DNA of 64,000 nucleotides from Eledone cirrhosa (lineage: Eukaryota): positions 349,308,001-349,372,000 of the forward strand of contig OZ024743.1 in NCBI GenBank assembly GCA_964016885.1, written 5' to 3'. Shown here piece after piece: positions 1-13,474 of this stretch. The position numbers were made by a program, and so were the translations under genes. The notes below the pieces were generated by a model. That model searched no databases and was not told where the DNA came from. It worked only from the letters and a program-made list of their open reading frames with translations. Position 1 is the first letter of the stretch; the number at the start of each line of letters is the position of its first letter.

Positions 1-11
1 ATTTAAATATA

Positions 12-375
12 TACGACACGGTTCACAAATTTCGTGGAAAACGTATATAGTGAAAGGTCATATGCAGGGATTCTGACCTCAATGCACCTGTACGTTTCCG
101 TACTAACTTGGCATAACATGTTCTAACATGGACCCTTAAATGCATGCTGCTTCGTGGCGCCGCCAGTCGGAATTTAGCACCCTCTCGAGCAATATAACCT
201 CTATCAAACCATTAAATTCATGGTGAATCTAGGATGGATGAGCAGCGAAATCATTGAGGCTCTGGGGCAATTTTATGGGGACAATACCTCAAAGAAATCA
301 ACAACCTACAAATGGATAAGTCGTTTTAGAATTGGAAGAGATGAAGTTGAAGAATATCCCCAGTTGGCGATGTAA
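12..375 (+). mobile_element. Mariner (irritans/Hsmar2-like) transposon 5' fragment: decayed left TIR plus transposase N-terminal HTH
   Basis: 211-360 translates IKFMVNLGWMSSEIIEALGQFYGDNTSKKSTTYKWISRFRIGRDEVEEYP, matching the mariner N-terminal pattern IKFMVxLGWxxxEIxxALxxxYGDNxxKKSxxYKWIxRF. TA-CGA...TTCGTGGAAAA at 12-41 resembles the TIR. Truncated. Confidence 0.8.
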
Positions 376-2489
376 ATAAATGTTTGTGTGTATGTCTGTA
401 TCTCTATGAATTTTACCTCTATCTCTCTACTATTTAATGAAGCCTCCCTCCTTTCCCTTTCTTCTCCTTCATCTTCTTTCGCATATTAACTATTCTCTCT
501 TTCTTCCTCCTCCATTTTGTGATAAATCAAGAAAACCTTTTATGCAAAACATTGGGCGTTTTCAAAAGTATTTAGTTACCACTTTCCTGATTTCTGCCAT
601 CTCTCGTAAAAAATATTTTTTGATAATAGTTTCACTGTTCTGTAACACTAATAACAGAGTCGAGAACACTCTATTACCATCTTCATTACTATCAACATCA
701 GATTCACTACTTCCTACGTCATAAATTCTACTATATCTCATACATGTTTCTTATGTCAACAACATCTTGTACACCATGAATAAGTACTTGAATTTTATTC
801 ATATGACATCCTGCATTCTTCAGAAAAAATCCATAGAAACATTCGGTAATGTCATTTCGTCATTGGTGAATGATTAAAAGAAGATTTGACTCTTATTTTA
901 TGCAAGTCCATCAAGTACGTAGATATATATATATATATATATTTAATCGACTTCCTATGCTTTCTCTCATATAGTGATCCTTCTATGGCTATCAGCATTA
1001 GAAGTTTCACAAGATATTTCGAGAACTTTGAACCATTCTCAGAATACGTTCTAAAAAATCTTGATATTCACGTAATATACCACGTGCGCTTTCCAAGACG
1101 ATCATCGTATTATATCAGTTTTGTTTCCTCTATTAACATGGGTAGAACATATTTTTATAATTTCGTCTTTAGCCTTTTAACATAATGTTTAGCCACTAGT
1201 CAAAAACTAATAAAAATTATATAATACACAGGATGTGTTGAGCGGTCAGAAATTGAAGGCTTTAACGTTAAGTATATGGTTGTATTTTATAGTTGTTGCT
1301 CCATATTTTCCCGGCAGGTTTGACTCTGTAGCTTCTGGGTTCAAGTGTTTTTAGGGGCGTGTTTGATTCCTAACATTCCATATTTAAACAATAGAGGTTG
1401 TGAAGAGTTGTTGTAATTTCTTGCAGAGTATGTTTGCTAATATAACTGAGGTGCCTGTAGAATTACTGATGCACTAAAGAACTAAACAGAAGCAGCAATG
1501 TAATGAGAATCAATACCAAATCCTGTCCTCTTGTTTTCCACGAAGATGAGAACATACAACTCAGCAGTGTATCATCGCAATTCAATAATGATATTTCTGC
1601 AATGTTCTTATAACTGGAATGTGCAGCGGGATTTGAAGGGAGACGCATGTTACCAAGCCATGCTGCAATAGTGTAGGAACCCAACATAATTTTGGCACAG
1701 ACGGTGTTTTGGCAAGGCAATGTGGAATGGGCACATATAGTGAAATAAGCTGTGTATTATATGAAGGTCTTAAGGAATTGTATGATGCATTAGAATGGTA
1801 GTGTACGGTACTTCCAATATGGAAAGGTTTTCGGAACAATGTACCTAGATATATGATGCTCTACCTTGACAGCGTTTGAGGGAAGAAGAATGGTAGTTCA
1901 GTAATATGGGAACTTGAGAGGAGAGCAAAAGTGCATCATCATGGATATGATAGAATCATGTGAGTAAAAGATCAAAGCTGAAAGCACAGAATAAATCCTT
2001 ATTAATCCAAAGTAAATCCTTAGTAAATTAAAATAAATATTGCATTGTTGGTGTTGTTACAGTTGCATCCAGTTTGGCTTGAGGATTGCATGGTTCACTA
2101 GGAAACGTTTCTCTTGTAGGATCAACGAGCTGGGCCTGCAAAGGGGACGCGATGCCATGACAGTTCCTTGAAATCTTAAATTGACAGGTCAGTGTGGGGT
2201 CGTCCTGTAGTGTAATATTCACATTAATATATTCTAAATGACATTTTCTTTGGTCTTTGAATGCCCAGATATGAAACATTTCAAACAACATGATATATAT
2301 ATATATACATACAAGTAACATATATACATGATTGCGTAAACACATACATAAAAACACAAACATATATATATATATAATAGTTTTAAGATACACACACAGA
2401 TATATATATAAGTATAAATATATATATATGTGTGTGTGGTATCCCGCCGTGACTAGTTTTCCTGGTTAGAGAGGTGGACTCTCGCAGCA

Positions 2490-2810
2490 GTTACTCGGAC
2501 ACTAGTGCTTCAGAAGTTTGCTACAAATCCCATACAAGGGGCACCAAACAAACAGCTTTGCCCGGCAGCAAGTTAACAAATATGCTGGCAGACAGGATCT
2601 ACTCATAGCAAAGGCGAATAGACGGAATATTGCCTAGTATTGTCATGTTTCCCGTCACAACTCCTTGTCCAAAACCTTCATGGACACGCTACCAAGACAC
2701 TTCTAAGCATTTCAGAGAATACAGGAATACAGACCAATGACGACGACTGATTATTAAGCGTCGAGTGTGGCACCCTAACGATTGGCTGCACTAGTTGCGG
2801 GAACATCATG
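2490..2810 (+). mobile_element. RTE-clade LINE 3' remnant
   Basis: Translates FRSLLQIPYKGHQTNSFARQQVNKYAGRQDLLIAKANRRNIA*YCHVSRHNSLSKTFM, the RTE C-terminal LLxIxYxxHxTNxxV...RRxxxWxGHVxRH pattern. Confidence 0.65.
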
Positions 2811-2884
2811 CTTATATATATATACTCTGCATTGTATTGAGTACCTTACTTACTGTGGTTACCTCCGATTCAACCCGGAATAAC

Positions 2885-2972
<88 letters not shown>

Positions 2973-3014
2973 GTGTGTGTGTGTATGTATGTATATATGT
3001 ACAATTTGTCGCAT

Positions 3015-4740
<1,726 letters not shown>

Positions 4741-5364
4741 AAACAGAATTAATTAATATTTATTAATAATGGTATATAGTGCAATGGCCATACTCGATAA
4801 CGAGGGGGCAGCCCTCATGTATCTATGTATGTATATGTGTGTGGGTGGATGTGTACATGTGTGTGTGCGCGCGGGCGCAGGCGTTTGTGTAGCTGCCCGT
4901 GTTGTGTCGGGGTAACCACAGTTACGAAAGGTATATGATTTCATAAGAATGAAACAGTTCTAATCCCGTAGAAGTCATTTCTATATATAATAAAAACATA
5001 CATGCGCGTGTACATATATATAGGCATATATGCCTGGACGAGAATATTCGTGTATATACATCTTTCTATAAGCGTATCATAGCATTCGTTCATGTGCCTA
5101 TGAATATATATAGCTATTTATATTGACATATAGCTCATTATAGTCAAAGAGTTGTTCTACACTTAATGCTTCCACCTAGCACTACTGATGTCTATTTATC
5201 ATATTCTTTCCTCTCAAGGTGACGGCTAACTTATGCCATTTTTCATATTTAATCAACGCTGATTGCATACCAAGTCTGCCAGGAAGACTTAACTCTATAC
5301 AAACAAGGCACAAATATGTGTGCACGCGTGTATGACTATACATATATATATATATACATATTAT

Positions 5365-5404
<40 letters not shown>

Positions 5405-5425
5405 TTTATTACTATATATATATAT

Positions 5426-5524
<99 letters not shown>

Positions 5525-6686
5525 CACAGATCTATGTATATTTATATATAAAGACATACACATACACACGCATACTAATACAAACAGATGTATGCGTGCG
5601 TGTATCGATGTATACATGAGTAAGTGTGCTTGCGCACTCGCATGTATTCCTATGAGCGCATATAATGTGAATATTGTTTACTTGCAACATTAAGAATAGT
5701 CATGTTTATGAATGTTGCAAGATTCATTTAATAATATTTGCATCCTATGCGCTCCCAATATTAAGGGCGAAGCATACACACACACACACACACACACTCA
5801 CACACACAGGCTGCCACACACATATATACATACATATACATACATAATACATACATACATAAATACATACATACATACATACAATCATACATACATACAT
5901 ACATACATACATACATACATACATACATACATACATACGTACATACATATAGACATACATATTTACACACATTTCTACACTGAAAAGAAGAGACTGTTCG
6001 TTTCCCGTTGTTTTTGTTTAGTGCGCCGACCGACATTCGACATTTTTACCCACTCGGGCCTTTTTTACACCTATAAAAAAATAGACTTTACACCGCCTAT
6101 CTATTTTAATCTCATCATTCCTTTGTTTTTCCCTTCATTCTTCTTCCTTTCTTCTTTCTCTCTATCTCCCTTTGTCATTATACCTAGGACGGCAACACAA
6201 ATATATTGTTTTTCTATTTTCCTCTTTTCCATTTATTCTCCTTTTGGCTAAGGTACCGTGCACCGCATTTCAATAACTTGACTTCCATCTGATGCACATT
6301 GGTTTGTAGTATTTTTTCGGCTTTGTGTAATTAATTCACCTAAAGGCACAACTTGTCCATTTTTCCATGTTTTGTGGCGTCCAAAATATATAATATGAAC
6401 TTTTTACACCGAAACTATACTGATTTCCAAAAGTTAATGGACTAGAAGAGAGTTAGATTTTTTCTGCAGTTTTTCCAGGAGTGTTTGTCTTGTACAACCA
6501 CCAACCTATTTTTTATTCATATATATATAAATTCTTCATGCAGAAAAGTATCTAAATCTTTTGCAGAACTAGAAACTATGTTTGTACCACAAATGTATAA
6601 AAAAAGGTTAAGTTATGGCATCTATCGAAACCGAGGTGCAGTCATCGCATATATACATACATATTTATAAGTATATCCATACATGA

Positions 6687-6783
<97 letters not shown>

Positions 6784-7726
6784 ATATAAGGTTGTCTACC
6801 TGCATGTGAGTTTATTCTGTGATGTGTTTTTTTTAAATGAAAACGTTGTGTGATTCTGTTGGATCCTCTGAGGTGCTCTGTGACTGTCGACTTGAGAGAT
6901 TCCAACCCACAAAAATGGCGATCACTCTTGAATATCGAATGAAACAACAATGTACTGGCTAGAAAGAAATCCTGATATTCCCAAACATCGCTCAGAAAAA
7001 ACACCAGCTTTGGTGGTTACGACTTTTAAAAATGACGTTAGACACAAGAATTTCATTATTCAAGGGGTTTACATAAGAAACCCTATAATTAGACTACGAA
7101 TAGATATAAAGGGATAATGCAAACAACCAAGTGAGATCAATAGCTATAACAGTAACTATAATTGTAATGAATTGTAAAGATAACAACACAAAATTAAAAC
7201 AACTGTCAACTAGGTACATTTCCTAGGTAAAAGAGCAAGGCTTTTGGGGACATTTCCGAGGAAACCACAGGCATCAAAGGCATCGGATGTTACATCTCCC
7301 TTTTCTTTCTTCCCTTCTCGCACATCTTTCTAAAACACACTGGAATACACCAACTCTATCTCTCTGTCCCCACTTCCTCTCAAGGAGAACAAGAAGAAAT
7401 TGATGAGTGCTTCGCTGGAGAGGACGAATCCTACCCACAAACTATCAGACATGTCCATAATACAGCTTTGTTTGCCATACCTACGAAGCGGAAGGTAACT
7501 TGCTGCGATCACCGTAGAAGAATAGAAAGTGGAGAGTGGTGTGGTAGCCTGTTCAGTGTCTAAGACCAATCAAACGTCGAAGAGATAATAAATAATGATC
7601 AACAACAAACAGGAACGTACTAATTACCAATTTGTAACTTTGTCAGATAAAATGAGCACAGGCTCATATTTACCATCACAAACACAGACACCCCCTATAT
7701 ATAAGTATATTTACTTCTGCGTTCAC

Positions 7727-7814
<88 letters not shown>

Positions 7815-7961
7815 AATGAGATTTCTCTTCAAGCATAGCTTTATACAATATGTATATAAATTTCGTATTTCTAAAGAAATATGGTTTTAGGAAGCCGTAG
7901 CTATGCAAACACCGGAGGGCTAACGCCCTCTAGTGGTGTCTAGCAGAAACAAGTGGAACAA

Positions 7962-8003
7962 CCATCTATGCATTTCAGGCTTGACTGGCCTTCGTCAGGA
8001 CGA
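7962..8003 (-). ncRNA. Minimal type-I hammerhead ribozyme
   Basis: Reverse complement reads UCGUC-CUGACGA-AGGC(cagucaa)GCCU-GAA-AUGCAU-A-GAUGG, with palindromic stem III AUGCAU. Confidence 0.8.
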
Positions 8004-8222
8004 TCCCTCCCACCGCTTGCTACTGCAGTACTTGAAAACAGTTGAGAATATATAGTTTTCTCGTCTGTGTAAATGAGGTGGTATGAAGCTGCTTAAGTTG
8101 GCTCAAACCTCATTTACAAAGACGAGAAAATATATTCTCGACTGTTTTCAAGTCCAGCAGTAGGAGAGACTGCTGGACTTGAAAACAATCGAGAATATAT
8201 ATTTCAAGTCCGGTGGGAGAGA

Positions 8223-8264
8223 CCGTCCTGACGAAGGCCAGTCAAGCCTGAAATGCGTAGACGG
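8223..8264 (+). ncRNA. Minimal type-I hammerhead ribozyme
   Basis: CCGUC-CUGACGA-AGGC(cagucaa)GCCU-GAA-AUGCGU-A-GACGG: 5-bp stem I, intact core, predicted cleavage after GUA (8259). Confidence 0.85.
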
Positions 8265-8397
8265 TTGTCCCCCTTGCTTCTGCTGGACACCACCAGAGGG
8301 CGTTACCCCCCCCCCCCCCGAGCTTGCATAGCTACGGCTTCCTAAAACTATATTTCTTTAGAAATACGATATTTCTATACATCTATACTATAAAGAT

Positions 8398-8580
8398 AAC
8401 TGTTTCTACTATTGGCACAAGGCCAGCAATTACCCAGTGCATTGCTGGTACTTTATTTTATCGACCCCGTAAGGATGAAAGGCAAAGTTAACCTCGACGG
8501 GATTTGAACTCAGATCATAAAGGGACATCACTACGCTGGAAAGCATGTCTGACCCTCTACCGATACTGCCAATTCACCGC
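8398..8580 (-). mobile_element. tRNA-derived SINE (octopod-type) with 18-bp TSD
   Basis: A-box TGGCAGTATCGG, B-box GAGTTCAAATCC and core GCCTTTCATCCTTACGGGGTCGATAAAATAAAGTACCAG on minus. TSD CATCTATACTATAAAGAT at 8380-8397 and 8581-8598. Confidence 0.9.
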
Positions 8581-8882
8581 CATCTATACTATAAAGATGA
8601 CGGCCGTATGTAAGTTTCAAACTTTCCGCCAAGCGGCTGACCCAAACGGCATCAAATTTGCACCATAGATGTAACTTTTTCCAAGTAAGAAAGTGAGGAT
8701 ATTTTAGTCTACTGAATTTTGTTGAAAGATTAAAGACATTATTTAAATATTCACTTCTTTAAAAATTCAAATGTCAACATTTCCGGTTATACGACATTCC
8801 TAACGTCTTCACGAAACAAAGTATCATCTTCCTGTTTTCTTTAGGTTGAAAGGTTTTTCGAAATATTTACTTCTGCGTTCAC

Positions 8883-8952
<70 letters not shown>

Positions 8953-9093
8953 CAGCGGATCTGCTCATATGCAGATCTGACTGATCAACTTATCAGCCGG
9001 TCTGCTAATATGCAAATGAGGCCGATCAGTCACTGTATATATCAGAAAATATATATTTTCACTAGCTCTGACGCTTGGAAGGTAAGCACTATA

Positions 9094-9138
9094 CTGCATT
9101 GATGAAGAGTAATCACCCAGAAACATTAGTGTCTGCGG
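9094..9138 (+). ncRNA. Decayed hammerhead motif in a pLTR-like repeat (~8952-9298)
   Basis: CUGCA-uUGAUGA-...-GAAACAuUAGUGUC-UGCGG, with C3U and an eroded stem II. Confidence 0.5.
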
Positions 9139-9297
9139 TTCTGTTTACATGCCAACACAAGAGGGACCCTGTTATTTATTGACATGTCTTAAACGAGACG
9201 ATTTGAATAATTGCAAACGAATCACATATTATTATTAATAATCGAAAAACTCAGATTAAATATATTGTATTCAACCATGTAGAGCGATAACTATTTG

Positions 9298-9329
<32 letters not shown>

Positions 9330-9367
9330 CCCGCCCCTCTCGTCAATCTATTTTATTTCTCATTATT

Positions 9368-9403
9368 TCTTCTGATGAAGGACTAGCGTCCGAAACGTTA
9401 AGG
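9368..9403 (+). ncRNA. Minimal hammerhead in a dispersed ~170-bp PLE-pLTR-derived repeat (other copies near 32640-32800 and 41256-41397)
   Basis: UCUU-CUGAUGA-A-GGAC(uagc)GUCC-GAA-ACGU-U-AAGG, with a loop-less palindromic stem III (ACGU). Confidence 0.75.
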
Positions 9404-9443
9404 CCCTCTTCCTGCTATATCAGGCGTTAACCTAATATATGTT

Positions 9444-9629
9444 TCTTTTATTTGCCACAAGGGCATCAAAAGTGGGACAAGTACAATGGGGGGAGTTTAC
9501 AAAACAAGGCGTCCTCAATAGGGAGGAGGCAATAACAATATATAAAAATAAAATAAAATATAACAAAAAATAGAATTATAACAAAATCCTCAATAGAGAG
9601 GAGGCGCCTTGCGGGGTCGCACACACCCC
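9444..9629 (-). mobile_element. Tx1/L1-like LINE 3' stub inserted into the hammerhead repeat
   Basis: TTTCTTTA..CCACAAGGG and CCTCAATAGGGAGGAG match the 3' end at 11540-11700. Flanked by AACCTAATAT duplication (9429 and 9630). The uninterrupted host repeat is seen at ~32670-32710. Confidence 0.6.
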
Positions 9630-9693
9630 AACCTAATATGTACCTTCCATATACTGTACCGATTGTGATGTTATTTCTGTTTACCTTTTACAT

Positions 9694-9737
<44 letters not shown>

Positions 9738-9762
9738 ATGTAAAAGGTAATAATTTATATAT

Positions 9763-9922
<160 letters not shown>

Positions 9923-9989
9923 CACACACACACAGTGTATGATAAACACACAGAAACAGTGAATAATAAACATATATACACATGCGACA

Positions 9990-11078
9990 CATGTGTTTGT
10001 GTTTGGTTTGGTTTGGTTGTGAGATTTGTGAGGCTGTTTAGTGGTTGGTGGTGTCTAGTAGGGAGTGTTGCGTGATTTGTGTGTGTGTGCGTGTCATTTT
10101 TTTTATTATCATTTTGTGTTTTTGGTGTTTTCTCTTCTCCTTCACTGGGAGCAGAAGAGGTCCAAGTGTCTGCTAATGGGTTGGGGTGTAAGTATGTTTG
10201 TGGCGCTGTGTGCTTAGAGAGGGAGAGAAAGAGAGCTTTCCTGACGGACCTCTTGGGTGATTTGTCGGAGCCTATTGTTGGTAGTTGCGTAGTTCAGTTG
10301 CTGCTGCTGTGCTTGTTGGTGCTGAAGCTGTTAGCAACTGCAGCCAAACATGTGTCCTTTTCAGCGATATTCCTGCAAAAGATTTCGGTACTTTAGGCAT
10401 CTGTTGCTGCAAATGTATTTTTGTCATTGTTATTTCTGTTGTTGTTATTGTTGTTATTGCTGTTGTTGTTATTGTAGTTATTGTTGTTCGAGTTTGTTGT
10501 TTTTATTGCCATTGGTCTTCATATTGTCATCATTTGTGCTGTCCCTGTCGACTGTGTTAGTGTTAAATTTGGTTTGGTTTCAGTTGGTGCAATGGTGGTG
10601 CTATTAGTGCTGTTCGCTGTGTTTACTGTCGCGGTGGGGGAGGCCAAGTTCACAGCGGTAGATATATTGTCAAAGGATTGTCTATTCCATTTACGGATGT
10701 TACTCGAAATAGTAAGTTTTGGTTACTCTTGTTGTTGTTATTACAGTTAATATTGTTACTGATGCTATTGCTGTTGTTGTTGTTGTTGTTGTTGTTGATG
10801 TTTCTGAATGCTGGCTGTTCCACTCCATTCTGTTTATCGGGCGCAGATTTATGTCTATCATCTTGATTCCACAAAAACCTAGAGGGCTGAGTTTGAAAAA
10901 CAAACTCATATTTAGACCCCAAATGCTACATTTAAAGCTAAACAAACCAGTTCGCCAAGATACTGGTTAATTTAAATACAAAACTGTCACAGAATCTCAA
11001 CGTCATAGGTGGAATACCAGTGTAAAAAGAGAAGCAACTTACTGGGTGAGTAAAGACCTTGTATCGAGACACGAAGCT
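9990..11078 (-). mobile_element. Degenerate 5' part (5'UTR/ORF1-like) of a Tx1/L1-type LINE
   Basis: Thr/Asn-rich low-complexity frame (MEWNSQHSETSTTTT...), plus a segment near 10360-10400 resembling the ORF1 end (...RICKDIL) of the element at 13475-15348. Confidence 0.4.
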
Positions 11079-11081
11079 ATA

Positions 11082-11510
11082 ATAATACAGACAGACAAGA
11101 AGTTAGAACACACAGGCCTGACCTGGTGGTTTGGACAAGTAAAAAAGATCGTGCCTGATTGTAGATGTAGCCTGCCCATTTGACACGAGAGTGCAATAAA
11201 AGGAGAGGGAGAAAATTAACCGATACCAGGATTTACAGTGGGAGGTAAAAAGGATTTGTAACAGCCATGAAATAAAGGTCATCTCGATTGTCATAGGCGC
11301 ACTAGGTACTATCGCAAAGAGTTTCCAAAGATGATTGAAAAAGATTAGTCCAGCCCCGCTTTTTGGAACACATCAAAAGACATGCTTGCTGGGAACAGCA
11401 AGAACCCTCCGATACGTCCTGAATGGCTGAGGCTGCAGGTAGAGGCTTGATATTCATTTAAAGAAAACATTCCAGTTAAATAACATCAATGACTGAGACT
11501 CAAAGAACAA
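11082..11510 (+). mobile_element. R4/Dong-type non-LTR retrotransposon 3' fragment (RLE domain + 3'UTR)
   Basis: Close paralog of 16505-16928 (IQTDKKLEH..PDLVV...CLIVDVACPFD...KINRYQDL...VIGALG...LLGTA). Followed by (TAA)n. Confidence 0.85.
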
Positions 11511-11788
11511 CAATAATAATAATAATAATAATAAAAATGCTTTCTTTATTAACCACAAGGGTTTACATAGAGTAGACATTAAGGACAATACAGGACAATA
11601 CAGGACGGTACAAATGGGCATTTCTGCGTGTAAAAAACAAGAAACAGAGGATGTAATAATAGAACAATGAAAAAATTCCCCAATAGGGGGGAGACTTCCG
11701 AGGGACATTTGTGGAGAAAACCCATTAAAAAGTCACAGTGACCCTGACCACTAGGGCAGATGCCCTCTCCAAGTTTTCCACCTTTAAT

Positions 11789-13425
11789 TTACAGACACAT
11801 ACTCAGAGTAGGCCCATTCATTCGGGCCATACTTGCTTCTCTCACCCATCTTTCAACAAAATGCTGGGAAGAGAGCACTTCCCTCTCTACCCTGATTTTC
11901 CTTTTCAAATGAAATTTGAAAAGGTTAATCAGGGCATCACCGAAGAGGTAAGTGCTCGTCTTCAGCCCTTTCAAACGTGTCCACCATACTATCTCTTTCG
12001 CCATGGCCACCAGACAGATAAAAACTGCCTGCCCTTCCCGGCTAAAGGAAGAGGGCGGGGCAATCCTCACGATGGACTCAGCTGATAGCTGGATCCATTC
12101 TATACGTGACAGCAGGTGTTCTACATAAACCTGCAAATCAGCAATGCTCGGACACGGGACGAGTACGTGCAGGACGGTTTCGTCGCCCTGCGTGCATCTC
12201 GGACATGCCTGTAGAGTTTACCCCGAACTGGCAAAGGTCATCGGTAGCACTGCCAGGCCAGGGATTTCTGGAAGATGTCAATAGGCCCCGGCTCGAAAGT
12301 ACTTCCGAAGAGATTGGCTAGTTGATTTTCGTCGACGCCTAGAGTTTCTCCAAGTACGTCGTCGCTCTTCCCCTCCACTAATCCTCTATAGAACGCCAAG
12401 GTGGAGTTTCCACCGATCACATTGCCCGATTGGTCGAGGGCTGTGAGCGCCTGAAGACATCCCAGTCGCCAAGCGCTCCCTCTCGGTCTTCGCTTGACCC
12501 AGGACTGCAGCTCCGTCAAGGAGACGAGCTGGGGAAAGACGTGTCTAGCAAACGGCGACCACACCTGATCATCGTCGAGGAAGAGGTGGAGATGTCGTAG
12601 CCTGAGCGCCTGTCTGCGCATCATCAGCCACGGCATGCCCAGCCGTTCACGTAGTGGGTGTTGACAGCAGATGGACCGCCTGACCATCGGAGCGCGTCCC
12701 TTCCATAAAAAGCGAAAGAGCAAACACTCCAGCGCAGTCAGGCGGGGCTTAGGACAAGGTACGACGGTCAAGTGTTAGTAGATGACGCACGCGATGTACG
12801 CGTTAGCCACCTCCGCTCGACCTTTCAGGGATAGCTTCCTCTCCGCCCATTTCTGGGGAGAGAAGCCACCCTGCTCGTCACCTCGTCCCAGTTTTTGTCC
12901 GTCTGGAGGTCCGGACCGAACCAGACCCCTAGCAATTTAACCGGTCCGTCCGTCCAGCGCCCGGCGACGCTGTTGGACGGCATGGACCTGCCTCTCCAGG
13001 TGCCGAGCTGCAGGCCCACTGACTTTTCCTGGTTGATTATTGCTCCTGTCACCGCTTCGTATTCTCTTAGTGTAGTCCCGATCGCCTCGATGTGTTTGGC
13101 GTTCGACACCACTACGGTGACACCGTGCGCATATGCTGACAGGGATCTTCCGCATGCTAGTTCGCGCGGTACCCCCCTCAAATCTCCAGTTTGTGCAGTA
13201 ATGGCTCGAGAGTCAATACGTACAAGAGGGACGAGAGGGGACATCCTTGGCGGACCGAGCGCATGATGTTGAACGGTTCCGAAAGGTGACCGTTCACTCT
13301 CACCACAGAGCAGATGTCGCTGTGCATGGCAGCGATCCAGCCTCTGAAGACGAGCCCAAATCCAGCCGCCCTCAGGACTGCCGCTAGGTAACGATGGTCG
13401 ACCCTATCTAAAGCTTTCGACCTAT
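11789..13425 (-). pseudogene. Tx1/L1 ORF2 remnant (RT domains 3-7 and C-terminal Cys/His region), frameshifted
   Basis: SKALDRVDH, SVRQGCPLSSLLYVLTLEPLL, SAYAHGVTV (mutated YADD), INQEKS, LLGVWF, FLWKGRAPMVRR, RLGMP and ETVLHVLVxC. Confidence 0.9.
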
Positions 13426-13474
13426 TCTGAGTGAGGTCATGTTGAAATGGAGTGGAAAAGATGGGAAAGACCAC

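Larger units (their letters stand above)
7851..8382. mobile_element. Nested fold-back non-autonomous PLE-type element with two hammerheads
   Basis: Outer arms 7851-8015/8211-8382, inner arms 8022-8078/8108-8162, and an extra hairpin 8131-8200. Confidence 0.8.

Noticed and set aside
1230-2220. Possible old CR1/L2-type LINE on minus (QAQLVDPTR...LD)
   Set aside because: Only one weak endonuclease-like motif; too decayed to support.
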